Below, in pieces: positions 11,421 to 26,400 of a stretch of DNA of 64,000 nt. This DNA comes from Phoronis australis (taxonomy: Eukaryota > Animalia > Phoronida). The notes below the pieces were generated by a model. That model had not been told where the DNA came from, searched no databases, and saw only the letters and a list, made by a program, of their open reading frames with translations. How positions within the stretch are numbered: position 1 is the stretch's first letter; every line of letters starts with the position of its first letter. Made by a program: the position numbers and the translations under genes. The stretch spans positions 223,256 to 287,255 of the forward strand of contig NMRA01000394.1 of the NCBI GenBank assembly GCA_002633005.1, read 5' to 3'.

Positions 11421-14400
11421 GTAAGATATCTTAGTCAGTACATATAGACAGGTGTATGGCGAAGGGTGAATGTTTCAATATAGCGGGTTTCTTTGATCAT
11501 TAGGGGTTTGGCTCAGTCAATTCCCTGCTAGTGCAAGTAAGAGAAATAAATTAAGATCCAGTTCGCCATGCAGACTTCACAGACACTTTTATCCACGTGT
11601 AAGGTTTCGATACCTATTTCTTTGCTCAAACTGCAAAAGAACACAATTTGACAGTCTCTTTTTTGACCACCGTAACTCGATACAGAAGTCAAAGTTGTGC
11701 TATCAGCGTCTAGTTTCTCGACCTGGCTGGCTGCAACGTCAACCCGCGCATATGTGCGAGTTCGCATATTAAATATTTGTTTAATACGTGCGCAAGTGTG
11801 AAAGCCAAACTAATATTTTTGGAATAGTTGTGCATCGAAAACTGGTGTACGCACGACTTCGTTTTCATATTTCTTTGTCGGCACAATTTGTATACGTGAG
11901 ATTAGAAGATGTTGTCTCGTAAAATCTTTTATTTTCTGAATCTCGGCGCTTTAACAATATCCCTGAAAACGAAAGAAAAATATCGTGTGTGATTTATAGG
12001 CGTGTAAATATTTAGAGGCGCCAATAGTTTATTCTGGTTCAAGAAACCTTGTTTTCTAGTAATCTCTGACAAATGACGACGTTGCCTCTGTCTGTCTAAC
12101 GATGGGGATATTTCATTTAAGGATATGACAGAAAGTTGCCTAAACGTGTTCAGAGCATTATCTATCAGAGATGGCTGGTCGAATTCAGGTGGAATTTTCA
12201 GTTACCTTACAAAGTTCTCTAAAGCTCTGTACACTTTAGCATGAGATGTCATCAAATTTGGCCCTGTCAGGATTTTAAAAAACGTTCAAATGATGCATAA
12301 ATCTAAAGCAAAGAAAACTTTGAAAATTGTAATAGCGTTTTTTTTTAATTTTTCACCATGAGGCCACCTATATTAATAAAGGTGCCCCGCTCTTCGACCG
12401 CCTTTCCGCGAGGCCCTCTATGTCAATATGGAGGGCCTCGCTTTTGACGCCCGAAATTTAATTTTATGCCTATTTCATTTTAATACGAATAAGTCAGTTT
12501 AAATAATAAGCTGTTACAAGCTTATCGTTCAGCTCCCACATAACCCTTATTCTTATTCACCCACTGCCCACTATATTTCCAACAAGGTCAGATATAACTT
12601 CCATTTTGTAATAGCTTTGCTTGGAATAATAAAATTGATGGTAAAAACAGCTTTGCTCAAACGTTGTCTTTGGCACAGTTTGTTATTAGAATATTCTACT
12701 CCCTCTAGTGGTGTAAATAACGAGTACAAAAACGCACAAAACCTAGTTCATTTACCTCATCCAGACATCATAACGAACAGGTGTAAATTATAGCTTAGCT
12801 GTGCTGCATGTCCAGGGTAGCCAGCTCGTAGTTGGTAAACAAATAGGTGGAAGGGATGTATCTATCGGAGTATAATCTTTCGTCAACTTGGCGAGAGTTC
12901 GCGTGAGCGTGTTCAGTTTCGTGTCATTATGCCCCATTCAGTCCCAGTCATTGGATCGCCTCTTGCTGTAAAAAGCAATTATGAGTTCCCAAAAAATCAG
13001 AAGTTTAAATTGGTCTCCAGTCAAAATTCCAACCGTGTTAAGTCTGTGGGTAATGCAGCTTGTCTCATTCGACTCCATTTTGGCTTCACCGTCATCAGGG
13101 TCTCGTTTCAAATTGCCAGCACATGTGCCCTCCCTGGTTTTAATCCGGTCAATCTTAGATATTGCGATGGCTGTTGATCTGGTTTAGTGGGAACGCTGAC
13201 AATTCGTCACGGTTACTTACCTTAATTAACTGGCTCTTGGCAATGAGAAGGCAGTCTATTATTATTGGCATTAAAATTTCTTGCTTACCGGCGCCTCCAT
13301 ACACCATGGGCCAACTTAGAGTTATTTCGCTATTTTCCCAAAAGGAAATGGTGTCAGTGAAGGAAGGAACAGTAAGGAATGTTGATTTTGTGTTTCCTGT
13401 ACCATCAGCTAAGTACTTGATTTCATGGTTTGCTTAATAACCGTCACCGCCAGTACAGAGACCTTGGTGGTTGCTGCATGACGGTGACATCGTTCGTGTC
13501 GTTGACACTGGTGCGCTCAAAACTGAAGCTGGAATGATCGACTGACTGATTTAACTACGACTGTCCACAAAATAATATAATACAACAAAACACAAGACAA
13601 CATGCAATAAAATACGTACAATGAAACAGATAAAACTATGGAAGAAGTAAAACTTAAAATAAAAAGGATAATCGATGTACGTAAATAACTAGTTTCATCG
13701 TGGTCCGATCTATATATGAAGTTTATTAGTAAAGTAATAATGATAACAAAAAGTTAAATGATGAATAGGTGCATAAATACATGTATACATGAAAATACAA
13801 ATAAAAATATACCATTACGAAACCAATAAATAATTAGGTCTCAGTCGATACGCGTAACAGTGTCTCGAGGGATACTATTTCATATACTCCACTCTAGGTA
13901 TGTTTTGTATTTATTCCATACACTTCGAATTCTAAGATTCTTTTGTTTTTTTTCCGCAGGTTTGTTTTTAATACTGTACCCACCTTATTTCGGGTGATTG
14001 TGGAAATGAACACATAATTATTGGTGGCTGATGAGATGTGATCCCCGTGTAAGGTTAAAGAATGTGCACGATGTGTGCACTCAAAACATTTCGAGTTCCT
14101 GAAGCATTGTAGGAAAGGTGTAAAATCAAAACTTGAAATAAATTTTTCAATTGATGGAATTTGAAAATCTATCTTTTACAAACGCAATGAGCGAAAAACT
14201 GTGGAATCGCAGTGCAAACTCATTTCCAAAACATGAAAACATTTCAAAACGTAAAGTTCCGTGAAGTGTTCCAATATAAGAAGTTGGTGTCGAATACATT
14301 GTGGACACTCAGTGCCAGGTTTTCTCCCGAGACGAGTGACCCGAGTTTTGTCTACTAAGGTCGGGTGCGATCATCCTTGGCTGGCGCCAGCACTTCAGTT

Positions 14401-17400
14401 TTTGAGCCCCATCCCTCAGCGGGATATCGTAAATATGCGTTTCAGATGTTCAATTTGATATTGGATATTTATTGTTAAATTCATAATTCGCGCTTGCACA
14501 GACGCGACAAAGTTGCGTTTGGCTGTGCCTAAGCGAAATACGTTGTTGCAACTTGACTACCCAGAAATTTTACTTTGTGTAATTTAACTAGCCAAACACC
14601 ATGATCCAGACAAATGCAGTTCTTTTGGCATCAGGAGAAAAATTGGCTATTTTTTACCGTTATCGAACGAATAATTCAAACTTCATTCAGGTTTTTTAAT
14701 CATACTCGTTGAGCACGCTCCTAAAAAATATTTCCCGAAAATAACTTCAAAGATCTTTGATTGCTCCTCGATAATACTGCTTAGCATTCTAGCCTCACAC
14801 TTTTGAGCCGCCTGTCAATGCCTTGGTAATTCTAACTTCCGTCACAATGTTTCCGCCATTTGTCATTTTAACGCCAATCAGGGCGCATTTCACCCGCTTT
14901 AACTGGCTAAAAACTGGAAACCGAATAAGTTGTCGACTCTCATGCAATCAGTCTCATGACATTCCCCATCGTGTAAATATTCCCCGTCCGTTACTATCCA
15001 AAACACTCAAACCACCAGTGGTTCAAGAAAACGAATTTTATGAGGTTCATAGTGTAAATCGTACGCTATCAGTTCACCCACGTCTGAAATGTTGAAACGT
15101 TATCAGATTGCCCATGTGCGCGTTTCAGATTGTGTGTCGGTGTATCAAAGAATCACCGGGCTGGACGACACAGCAACTGAGCTCCTCCATGCATTGTACA
15201 TGTACGTAATCTGTCATTAACGTGGCCTGAATCATGCGAGAGGGGGGGAGCAAGAAACGTCGTTTAGTTTATATTACATGTACATATTAACATGACTGGG
15301 TGATCAACAAAGGCATATACCGTTGACCACCAAAAAGTATAAGAATGCAACTGCATATTAATAAGGAATTATAATTAAAACGATAGTAATAACACTAGAA
15401 AATATATTGCATTAGAATACAGTACAGTACAGTAGCGTAAAATATAATACTTATTTATATAACTGAATGCAAGTTCTACCAAAAATTACATAACATCTCC
15501 CAAGAAACCAAACGTTTAAACACCATATAATTACATGGTTCGGGAATGGTAACCATATTGCGAAGACGCATTGCAATCTAGTACGTTGCGTTGTGGTACT
15601 TGGTGGAAATGGAAACATGTTATTCGTGAAAGTAAAAATGGGCCTCGTTATGCCTCAAGACATATATCATAGTTGATTAAAATTCTCATCATGAAAATGA
15701 GTTTTGTTTTCCTTATTACATGTGATTGTTTCTGTGTGAGCCAAGTTTAATGACTAATTTTTAATATTTCTTAAGGATTGTAATCGGAACTACATGTATG
15801 TTCTTGACAAATGTCTCGAAAAGAATAAGACAGACAAATGAGCATCTTAAATGCTTTCAAATTTGGTAAATAACTGTTGCCGGTTTTTTAATTGAGTGAA
15901 GTGTAAGCGAAGCTGTTGAGAACTTATAGCAACAATAGCGAATACGAAGTAGTACCTTGTGACGTCACTGCTTGTGAGTTTCGTGGTCCTCAGCATCAAC
16001 AGTGAGCTAATCTCCCAAGGTGTGGAATGTCCAAACTGTGACACGGGGTGTATGAATTTTTAATTGATTCCTTCCATAAAAAGGATACTAAACCCTGTTT
16101 TGATGATTTCAACCAATCCTCGTCCTCTCACCTACTGACGAATCCTTGGCGTCAGGGATCAACTATAAATTCATACCCACTGTCTCACCAATTGAACAGT
16201 ATGGTCCTTGGTGGGTGTTTTTTCCCACAGATGCCGGGTAACTCGCTAGAAGCGTAGGCCACGCGTGTCCCTTCAGCAGAGTTTTCTAATTTTCTTTAAA
16301 ACTTTTAAAGATTGTCGAGTCGTTACAGAGGATCATTTTGTTTCAGAGAAATGGATAGGAAAGTCGTTTTTAGTATCTTTTAATAGGCCAAAACCTGGTT
16401 TGTTTGGATGATTGACGCCAGTGATGCATTAGCAAGTGACAGAACGAGTATTTAGTTGGTGGAAGTCGTCAAAGGAGCATGCACGCACCCAGATAGGGGA
16501 GGCTGAAATTTCTTAATATGGGGACCTATTACTGCAGAAAATTAACGAGGACTAAAAACACGGGGCCACCAGGTTCAGGCCTACGAATTGTGCATCTGCG
16601 CCGATTTCCTGTATCCTTTGTGGACTTTTGTGTCGTTTACTCGGACTTTTTTTCACTGAGGCGGACCTTTTGCCCAATTCACCAAATCGGAGGGGCTCCC
16701 CGAGCCTCCCCTGGGTGCGCCAATCAGGAGGGTGTCCTTTTTGAGAATATGAAATAGGGATATTGATGAATTATGAGCTACGTTACATTCATCAAATCCA
16801 TGTCAAGATCGCATCATTTCACAGCGCAACTGAGTTAGTTTAGCCGGTGAGGGCCGCTGCGCCTCAGCCTCACCCGACGGAACCTCGCGCACAGCCGGTC
16901 GAAACTATATACATGTAGTCAGAACTAGAAGACCACCCTGTCCCTTTCAGTCTTCACAAAATCATAGAGTCCCATTCAGTCTTCGTAGAACAGCCGTTGG
17001 TCGCCGCAGCTCTGACCTGTGCCCCAGATGTTGTCCTTGCTTGAGAATGAGTCGTTAGTTAGATCCAAGAATGGCGATTGGAAGTGATTGCAATTGAGAA
17101 CTGAGCTCATTTGTAAACAATGTACTCAATGTTTTAAGACAATTCAACTCTTACACACCCTTTGGATACTACATGATGGATACAAATGCAATACTTTATT
17201 CATGTCAGTTCCACCTCATTAGCAGACAATGGATTGTTCTGAAACCTCCTCGACCCTCTCGAACCCCACACCCCTTGACCCCTTTGACCCACAAACCCCT
17301 GACCGTTCATTAAATGCTTACGACAAGCCTCTACACTTGTCACGATCAGCTGTCATTTTATTCGCTCTGAAGCTGTGGCAAGTGACCAGTTCTTTGCCAA

Positions 17401-20400
17401 GACCCGACTGAACTAGTTAAGACTTGTTTAAATGCCGCAAGTGATCCAAATCGAAAATCGGAACGGTGGTTTGTTGTCGCTTTGGACTATATAGGCTGCC
17501 TCTAGCCGCGTAAAGAGGTCCCATATGAAACTTGTCGATAATCGGTACAAACTGGAACTCTGAAAGCACTACCGAAATTAGTACGTTTCATGCCGAGATA
17601 AAAAGTGGGAGTATTTTGTATCCCATAAAAATCATAGCTGCATTTGAAATATCGGTACACAACTAAGGCCTCTTTCCTAGTGAAGCATTTAGCTAAGTTC
17701 AATCATCGAGATGTGGGAATTCTGTTTAGGCATCCTGGACATTATTAAAAATCTTCCCCCTACAAGGGTACCGAGGCACGCTCAATTAAATTTCAATTGC
17801 TTGTACAGATCTCATAGCTTTGCGCAACAAAGAACGACACAAGACATAGAACAAAGGACATTGTGCAATCAATAAGACTTATGGAAGAAAGTTCTTCATG
17901 CACAATCTTCTTATGGAATTCATGAATTGAATTCCAATACCTGCAACCAATCGATGTCCGATGTGCATACTCTAACTTTGAATCAAGATTTGTCGGAATC
18001 CTGGCATTGCCGGATTGCGATCGATCATTACGTAGACCTGATGACGTGATGCAATGATCCGGCACTGGTGGGGTTGACATTATCCTGACTGTCTCAATTT
18101 AATAAAGGAATGAATGCAATAATTCCTTCGTAAAAGAACTCCAGTGCTCATGAATTACAAATAGGACCCGGGGTGTAATTATCATACTCGAAATACAGCT
18201 CGAAAATATTTTTATTTTTGTCATTTTCTATTCTACGTTAGTGCAAACTCAAGATAAGTTTCAATAGTTGTTTCGTCGGATACACATCAATCAATTTTGC
18301 AAACTTGGACGAGAAACTCGTATGGATCAAAAATTACCTAAGCTAGCACAGACACACTGACACTTATCTCGATTTCATGGAAAAGTAGAACAGAAAATCC
18401 AACGAATAATTTCGAGTTCAGATTTCGAGTTCAAAGATTAGACCCCGACCCTAGATGTTCATGTATCAGGTGTCCTATAGGGTGCCATCGACAAGTTTAC
18501 AAAGTACCACAGAGAAATACAAAAGATTATGGAAGTACTGTGTAATTCAAACCAGCAGGGTGAAAAATACAATGGCAGTGTGACTTTCATCGTTTCAATC
18601 TGTGCTGGCATCTGTCAGTCAAAAAATGCCTGCCTGGGTCTCAGTTATGTTGTTTGTTATTGTCAGGTATGTATCCAAACCCGATCTGTCAATTATTTCC
18701 CTTTGTAAGGATGATTTTGAATGAAAGAGATCAAATTACTATTGAAGCGTGTTTCAAGGAGAAAGGGTGGGGCCAAAGAAGGTTCGTAAGCGGGTTCCCT
18801 GGAAAAGAGTGGAGTTGTGTCACTGTAAATAGACTTAATGCTAAAATACGCAACACAAAGTCTGTTGTGCGTACATGTAAAAGTGGCACTGGGAGACCCA
18901 AGACTGCATGTTTGAAAGAAAATGATGATCGCGTTGAGGAATTGATTCAATCACAGGAGGTCAACCAGGGAATCACAAATCTCTGAGAGAGGTCGCAAGC
19001 GAGCAAGTCTGCTGTGCAAAGAATGGCGAAAACACTGGAGCTAAGCACTTCAAAAGAATGTGGGTATGGGTACATGTATGTTAGAAGGACAAGAAAAACT
19101 CTATACTATTCAGCCACTCAGATGTGAAAAGAATCGTTTTCACTGATAAAAAATATGTTACGCTATTTTTAGTCAGTTATAAGTTTAATAAGACATATAC
19201 GCTAGAAATAGTTGAAATCGCCAAAACAATCATGTTTATGGGAAATAAAAAGGAGAAATGGCAGCCTTCTCGACTCTGTTATGAGATTTACAGATTTCCT
19301 TAAAAAGTAATGGTATCCGCTGGAGTAGCCCGAGAAGGAAGAACAAACATTCATTTTATTGAATCCAACGTTAACAGTGGACTTTACATGCAGTTATTGG
19401 ATGAAAATCTCCTGGATTGCAGGCGACTTTATCCTGGAAACAGCGTGTTCCAGCAAGATGAGGTTCCTTTACACAAGAGAAAGATATCCCCAGTTTACAT
19501 CAAAATTCATTAAAAGGATGAATGGCATCCGATCAGTCTTGACTGCAGTTCAATCGACTATGCCATGTGGGACTCTCTGAAGACGAAAATTTACCGTCGA
19601 ATGAGAGAAGAATTGAGCGAGCAGGGCTTAATAGACAGGACAATTACATGTATGTCAATGGAAGAAATGTCGATGGAAGACATACGGAAAAACATTTCAG
19701 GTTGGAAGAATCGGCTTCGTGTAGTCGTGGGGGAAATCGAGGCCGCATTGATCATAGACTGACATAATCGTCAGTTTTCCTTTGATATTTTATTTGTGGC
19801 AACAATTTTTTAATTTGACAGGACTCCCGTAATTGGACACATTTGTTGGTGATATCCTAAGATTTATCTGTAAGAATTTTTTAAAAAATCAGTTTATTTG
19901 TTGCTGAGAAATTACTTGTCAAAAACTGACTATTTTTAGGACACCTGATGTATGCAATTTCTGTTTTTGACGTGAATACTACCAGCATATCTGCTTGTCA
20001 TGTGATTAAACCTGTCATATAAACTTCCTTGCTGACTGGCATGTTTAATAAAAATGACTGTCAAGCGATTGTCAGTTCCCATGAACTATGAAAAACGAGC
20101 AGAGTTTTTAAGAGCTCCCAAGGTCCTCATAATAAGAAATTCCCTGCACTAGTTGTCAAGATCTTACAGTCTTCGTTAAAAAACATGTAACGTGTTATTA
20201 ATAATCAAATAGTCCCCAGTGACAGCAGTGAATAAAAAACGAACCTCCTACTAACGGCGATTTACAAAACGGGAGCACAAGTTTTAGGAGTAAACATGTA
20301 CATGTAGTTAATCTAGAATATTCTCCTTTCGCCCAGACCTCGGCCCATCGGACTGATTTACTTTCTGTTGAGAATTGAACTTTTCAAATAATATGTCATT

Positions 20401-23400
20401 TCTCAACTGAATTCAAAGGTAATTTGGAAACTGATGCGCTTGATTTCACAAGAGGCATCGTGGCGATAACTTAAGCGCAAAAAAATGACGCTTCTCGCTC
20501 TCAAGTCAGCATTTATTTATCGTTGTTTTCTAGTTTACGAATAGGTTATCGAATACTAGGTCTTACCAAAACCAAACCACAGCATCTTTACAACCAATTG
20601 GGCCTCTTAAGATACGTAAGCCCCTCGTATACATGCAAACTGTGATCACGAGCTTCGCTTATAGTGCATGGCGAAATCTCGCGAAAATTTGCGGGATCTC
20701 GTTGTTCTTGCTAGAAACTATCTATACGGAAGGCAGACTTGTAGATTGTTTCAAAACATGGACATGTTTGTTTAATATAAGAAATGATTGAGCAGGTGTT
20801 AGCACGCTTGAATGCGTCATATTTTTAGTATCATTTCACAATCTGCTGTATTTGGATTGTTACAACTGAATGTTTCGATGTACTGTAAATAAATGAGGGT
20901 ATAACAAGCGTTATGTTACTGTCATCATTAGCCTTTCTTCCGTCGACTGTGGTTATTACCGCCACTGTTTTTTGGCTAATGGCAGTTTTGTTTAATGGTA
21001 AGTTAGTGTATATTATTCTAGTTAAGTGCATTACAATTTCAATGTGATAGACGATAAAAATGCAAAATACATAGTTCGGTTAGATTCCTTTAAAATCCCA
21101 AAGAGTATCCGGGCGTGTGAGGATAAAACTAATTATACACGACGGGAACTCTCAGAAAGGTCCTTTTGTCTGTCACACGCTAAACACGAGTACAAATTAG
21201 ATTTCAATGCGTGTGAAATGATAGTCCTTACAAGATTTCCAAACATATTTTTGGGGATCACAGCACAAAATAGTCTTTGCCCAGACATTATATTTTCGTT
21301 GATTTTGATTTAAATATCACATGCCAGAGCGATTATTGTTGACTACAACATGACAAGCTTTCAGCGCACATGTATCTTTGAGAGACACACTTGTAAGCGG
21401 TGTCTAAAGTTTAACTGTTTCTATTTTCTTCACGTCACCACGGCTAATTATTCACGATTGGTTACGTGTCAATTGACAGCGTGGTCAAAGATATAGCGTA
21501 ATAGTTTGCAACTTGTGAAATTGAATTGATTTGAGGTAGAAACACTATTTGCATTCCCGATTAATTAATAACGCTTTGTCAATATTCGTGTTTTCCCCAC
21601 ACGTCTCTGTTCATACTCATAGCCTCTATTGTTTGCAATGCATGTACGGTAGTGATTGTATCTCACACTCACACCCAATGACGTCCTCTGTATACTAATA
21701 TCACAGATGTCTGAGCCTCTGGCAGCCATATTCGCTTATTATGAGACCCGTGTATGCTTTTCTTGGACAATAATCGACTGTAAACAACATTTATGCATCT
21801 AAATTTAACACGAGGTCTAGCTGTTGTTGTTTTACAATAGTTTCCAGTCACATTCACTGTGCCTCATAGAAGGTGGCCAGCCAGATAGCTGTATGAAGAC
21901 TGTAGTCAAAATATTTAGTATACAGTTTTGCGCCAAGACTACATAGAAGGTTGTTATTAAGACAACCGTGAAAACAATTGGAGTGGAACACTCTATGACT
22001 AACAGTTTTCAAATATATTTATCTAACTTGGTGGCCATCTTCCTCCAAATTTAACAATTTGCCCGTTTTTTGAGAAAATACTTTTCTGTTTTATAATGTT
22101 TCTCAAGACTCCTTGTAAATACATTTTAGTGTATAGATAGGCAGCGGTTAGACAGGAAATAGGTGGCCCAATCCAATCTCACCGCTGCCTATCAATATGA
22201 AACTTACTGGCCAATATCAAAATTGCTCATAATTTCCAAAATGAATCGTATAATTTGTTGCTTTCTCGTTGCCAGGAAGACAAAATCTAGAGACGCATCC
22301 AGTTTACAGTTCTATGGTCTAATATGGGCACTTCTTAAAAACGTGTGTTAAAATTTCTTGAACTTCTTCACAAAAAGTATACACAGGATAAGTTGAGATT
22401 CCTGTTTCAAATAAATAAGAGTTTGTGCTGAGCATTCTATGGTCCATTCTATATTGAAGCCACGTCTTGAGAGAAATCCGTTATAATTATTTGAATAAAC
22501 AATTACCCAACATACAGCAGCGTCACTTTTGCGCTCAGACGTCTACTTATAATGCGATTTTGGTAATCTACGGTGCAAGCCAAAAAAGGTGTCGCATGCT
22601 TATATTTCGCTTGCTTTCATCTTTCAACGACGAATCAAGTCATCCCTCACGCTCATATCCTTGACCTAAAGACCTCAGATATAAATGTCTTCGTGCGATC
22701 GTAATTTCGACGTGTCCAGGCTAACATCGAAAGTGTAAAACTAAGTCGTACATGTTACCCTAGAATTGCGTATCAAACATATTAACCTGCTTAAGTCGAA
22801 ACTGCGATCGCGTGAACACATTTATCTGCAGAAATAACACGGCACAGAAATCAAGCCCTTCAAAAGAACTTATTCACTCGAAGATTCAACTTGTTACTAT
22901 TCACTTGTCACTCTGCTATTCGTATTTTTGTGAATTCGCTGAATAAAGCATTATCTTGGCTGACTGAGTACATGACGTCATAAGGTAAAAACTGAGATCA
23001 GAAGATGGCAGACGATTTGAGTCGTCGTTGCTAGAGAAAGGTAAAAAGAGGCAAAATACAACTGTGAGACCGTTCTCGGTTTCCTAAACTTGTGAAGGGG
23101 ATTTGATTTGGCTAGTTCTAACACAATAAACAAGAATTTCCCTCCCATTCTTTCGGTTTATGTCCAGGCCTTCATCTATGTTTAAGAGCTGAGTATTGGC
23201 TAATACAAATCATACCTTATCATTCCAAGATTTGAGTATTGGTTTGATTTCCACCTTAGTACATGTAGGTGTGTCGCACTGTATAGATTGTTGAAATACT
23301 CAAAATCTTAGTAATTCTCGATTTTCGGAGCAGTACTAAGGAAAGCGTGACCACCAATGATTAGTGAGAAATGTATCGAGTCATTTTGCAAGAACTACTA

Positions 23401-26400
23401 GAAAATCGTTACCTAACTACCTAGTTAAAATAGTCAAACATTACAGAACCTTGACTCCACGCCTTGATACCTACATGTAGAGTAACATAGCTATTCACTG
23501 CCGGCAAATTTTCTAAAATTGTAATCTTTAACTGAATATCATTTGATTTAAAAAGCCTGTTACACTTCATTCCCTCCAAGAGGCACGTTTATGTAGGTGC
23601 GTGTGTCGGCTTGCTTACGGAATCAACACGTACCCAAAATCGTGAGTTATGGGGATGATCGGGGGCTTTTCCAAAAATACGTAAAGAAATTCTGCATCGC
23701 GTGTATTTTTTATATTTGCATTTGTATATGCAAAAATCAACGAAAGTTCGAGTATTAGACGCAGTGGAGTACTTTTCGTTCTTGTACACTTTATCAGTTT
23801 GTCTGCACAGGAATGCGAAATTGGACTTCAAAGTATGTTGCATGCTTCTAATTCACTGGGCGGGCATTAAAATTCAAAGCGAGGCTCACTGCGATAAGTA
23901 AACAGAGCGGAAGTTGACGTTGCGTGAGTTAAAATGGCTGGTCTTTCGAGTCCAACCTGGATATTAAATCTTAAAAATGGGTCAATAATTAACCGCAGAG
24001 ACGTAGAGAAATGCATCGGAGAACAAGTCAATGAACCAAAGAGGTGTCTGACGAAAGGATATTTTTTTCGGAAAACTTGGTTCGAAACATGAAAAGTATA
24101 AATTACGGCGATCGTATTACAAGATTAGGTATATGATGAATGCGGGATTACGTTTCTTCTTGTAAATTGTTGATAAACATGCTTTCTACACAAACCAGGT
24201 CATCTGGTCGTATTTTTGACAAGCTGAAGGTATATTTGACAGCGGTGGTTCATCACATTTTGCTGTTATGTGCAAGTCACATCTGTTTAATTTGTTGATT
24301 AAGAATATTAACATCAAGCATAGCCAAGGTCCTGCAGAGTTGGGGACTACCGGGACTAACAACTGAGTTGTCTTTAACCTGCAAGAATGACTGGTGTTAT
24401 AACTATTATTTTTAGTAAAATATAAACTAGGCTGGTAATTGAAGCTAAAATTTATTTGACTATTTGGTTTTAATAATTCTTACATCTATTTCATGTGTTC
24501 GGTTTCAAATATCAATCTGGACCAAGATGAATTTTAAAATTAAAACACCTAGTTTGTTCGTTCAAAGCGTGACCTGAAAAAATAACCCATCTCGTTTTAG
24601 AGCTCAATTTTAATTACCTGGATAGAACAAACATAATTATCACGTTCCTTCAGAGGCCTCGTTCATCCGGAGGGAAAGGTGCCTGTGCCTTCTGAGACGG
24701 GAATTTTTCGCCAAATGAGGAGGAAATTCTACCTCCCGATCACCATCAGTAGCACCCCCGCCCTTTTGCAAGCTCTGTCTCAAGTAGCATTTTGTGCTCT
24801 TTCAAATTGTCACCCGTGTAGTTACGTGATTTGAACTTCGGGGGGAAATTTTCAATCACTGTAGGAGAATTTGTAGGCCTCGTGAGGGGAATTTCGCGTG
24901 ATTTTTCAATAATTTTGATAGGAGAGTAGGGCCGATATTCGGCCCCAAAATCGAGGAATTGTGGCTGTCCTTTTTGAAAACAAATGCATCATGTTTCAGC
25001 CCTTAGTCATGAAAGCACAGCCTGGCTGGACGAAGATTCACCTGTCGTTGCCATGCTCGACAACCGAGATGCGACAAAATGTGATAAAATTTTCGAAAAC
25101 ATTTATAAATTTTACCTGGAAATATTTTCTTCGGCGCGGCGTATGGCAACGACCCACAATGCTTTCGAATCTCAACGTCTTTAGGGATTGTAAAAAAGAC
25201 AGTTGAATGTCCGTAATTTTTTATCGCCATTTGAACAACGGTGAACACAACTAAGCCGATTAGCCATTGTAGCTGTAGTAGTGAGCATCGTTTTGGAGTG
25301 CACTTCTTGTCTACGTGAATTAGCTGTATAAATATGGGGCAATGAGTACGTTCTCGCACTAAAAATAGAAATAAAGCCAGAGTATTAATGATTTACCAAC
25401 CAAATCTGTGTCTCGATAATACGTGCATCATCTCACAGCGTTACACGGTATATCCGCTTCGTCTCGACCTCAGCCACCAGCCCCAGTACCACGAGCACCA
25501 CAGGGTCGAAATTAAATGTAGTAGGATGCCCAGTCACTTTCAGTTTTTCTTAATACTAAATAGCTCAATATACAATACCATATGTATGTCAGGTCGGCAG
25601 ACATCCACGACGGGTAGTGAAATTTTGGAGTTGTTAACGCTCGTAGTAGTGAACATTCGAGTAATGAACTTTCGACGTTATAACTTGGCTCGATCATTTA
25701 ACAATTACCGCCGGTAGATCATTCTGCGGCAGTTACCAGAGAACCGCTGATAACGTTTAAAGGAGATGGTCCTATTGATAACGAATTAAGACTGGACGTT
25801 TTACGAGATAGGCATGTTTTTCAGATTTAAATTGTCAGTTTCTAGTTTCATGAATTGAGGCAACCTTGTTTTCTTTCTTAGTTCTTTTGAAAAGTGACTC
25901 CGGTTACAATCACACTCAAACGCACATTTTGATAATAACAATATACGCTCACTAAACACTAGAAAATGTATGTAACTTACCGCAATGCGACACTGCTTCT
26001 AATCTCGCGATGGCGGTTCAACTATGACGCCATTAAATATCAACTTCGACATTGCAATGTACGAGAAAGAATGGCTTCATTATTCTATGTCAGAAATAGG
26101 GAACTGCTGAATTAGAGGCCAATAGCGCCTTCTGTCAGTGGGGTTTTCCTTTCAGTCTTTGGGGATCACCTCCAACAAAACTGGCTTGTATAGCTGCTCT
26201 TCAGATACAGCATTTGTCAGCAGACGGCAGAGCAAACAAAGTTGGTGAAATGTATTCCAGCTGTTGTATAGCTTCTTAATTGATAATTGATATTATTTGA
26301 ATTATCTTATGAACAATAGCCAAACTACCTTATTTGGAAGATGATTAATTCAAACTGCTCGAGCATCTAGTTTTCCGTGGGTCTTTGTTGGAAATTAACT

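Noticed and set aside
12408-12441. GC-rich hairpin GCGAGGCCCTC...GAGGGCCTCGC followed by TTTT, like a rho-independent terminator
   Set aside because: Eukaryotic intron with no bacterial gene upstream; more likely a repeat relic.
17793-18080. 95-aa minus ORF with RYWNSI, like a LINE ORF2 C-terminus
   Set aside because: A single short motif is too weak to call.
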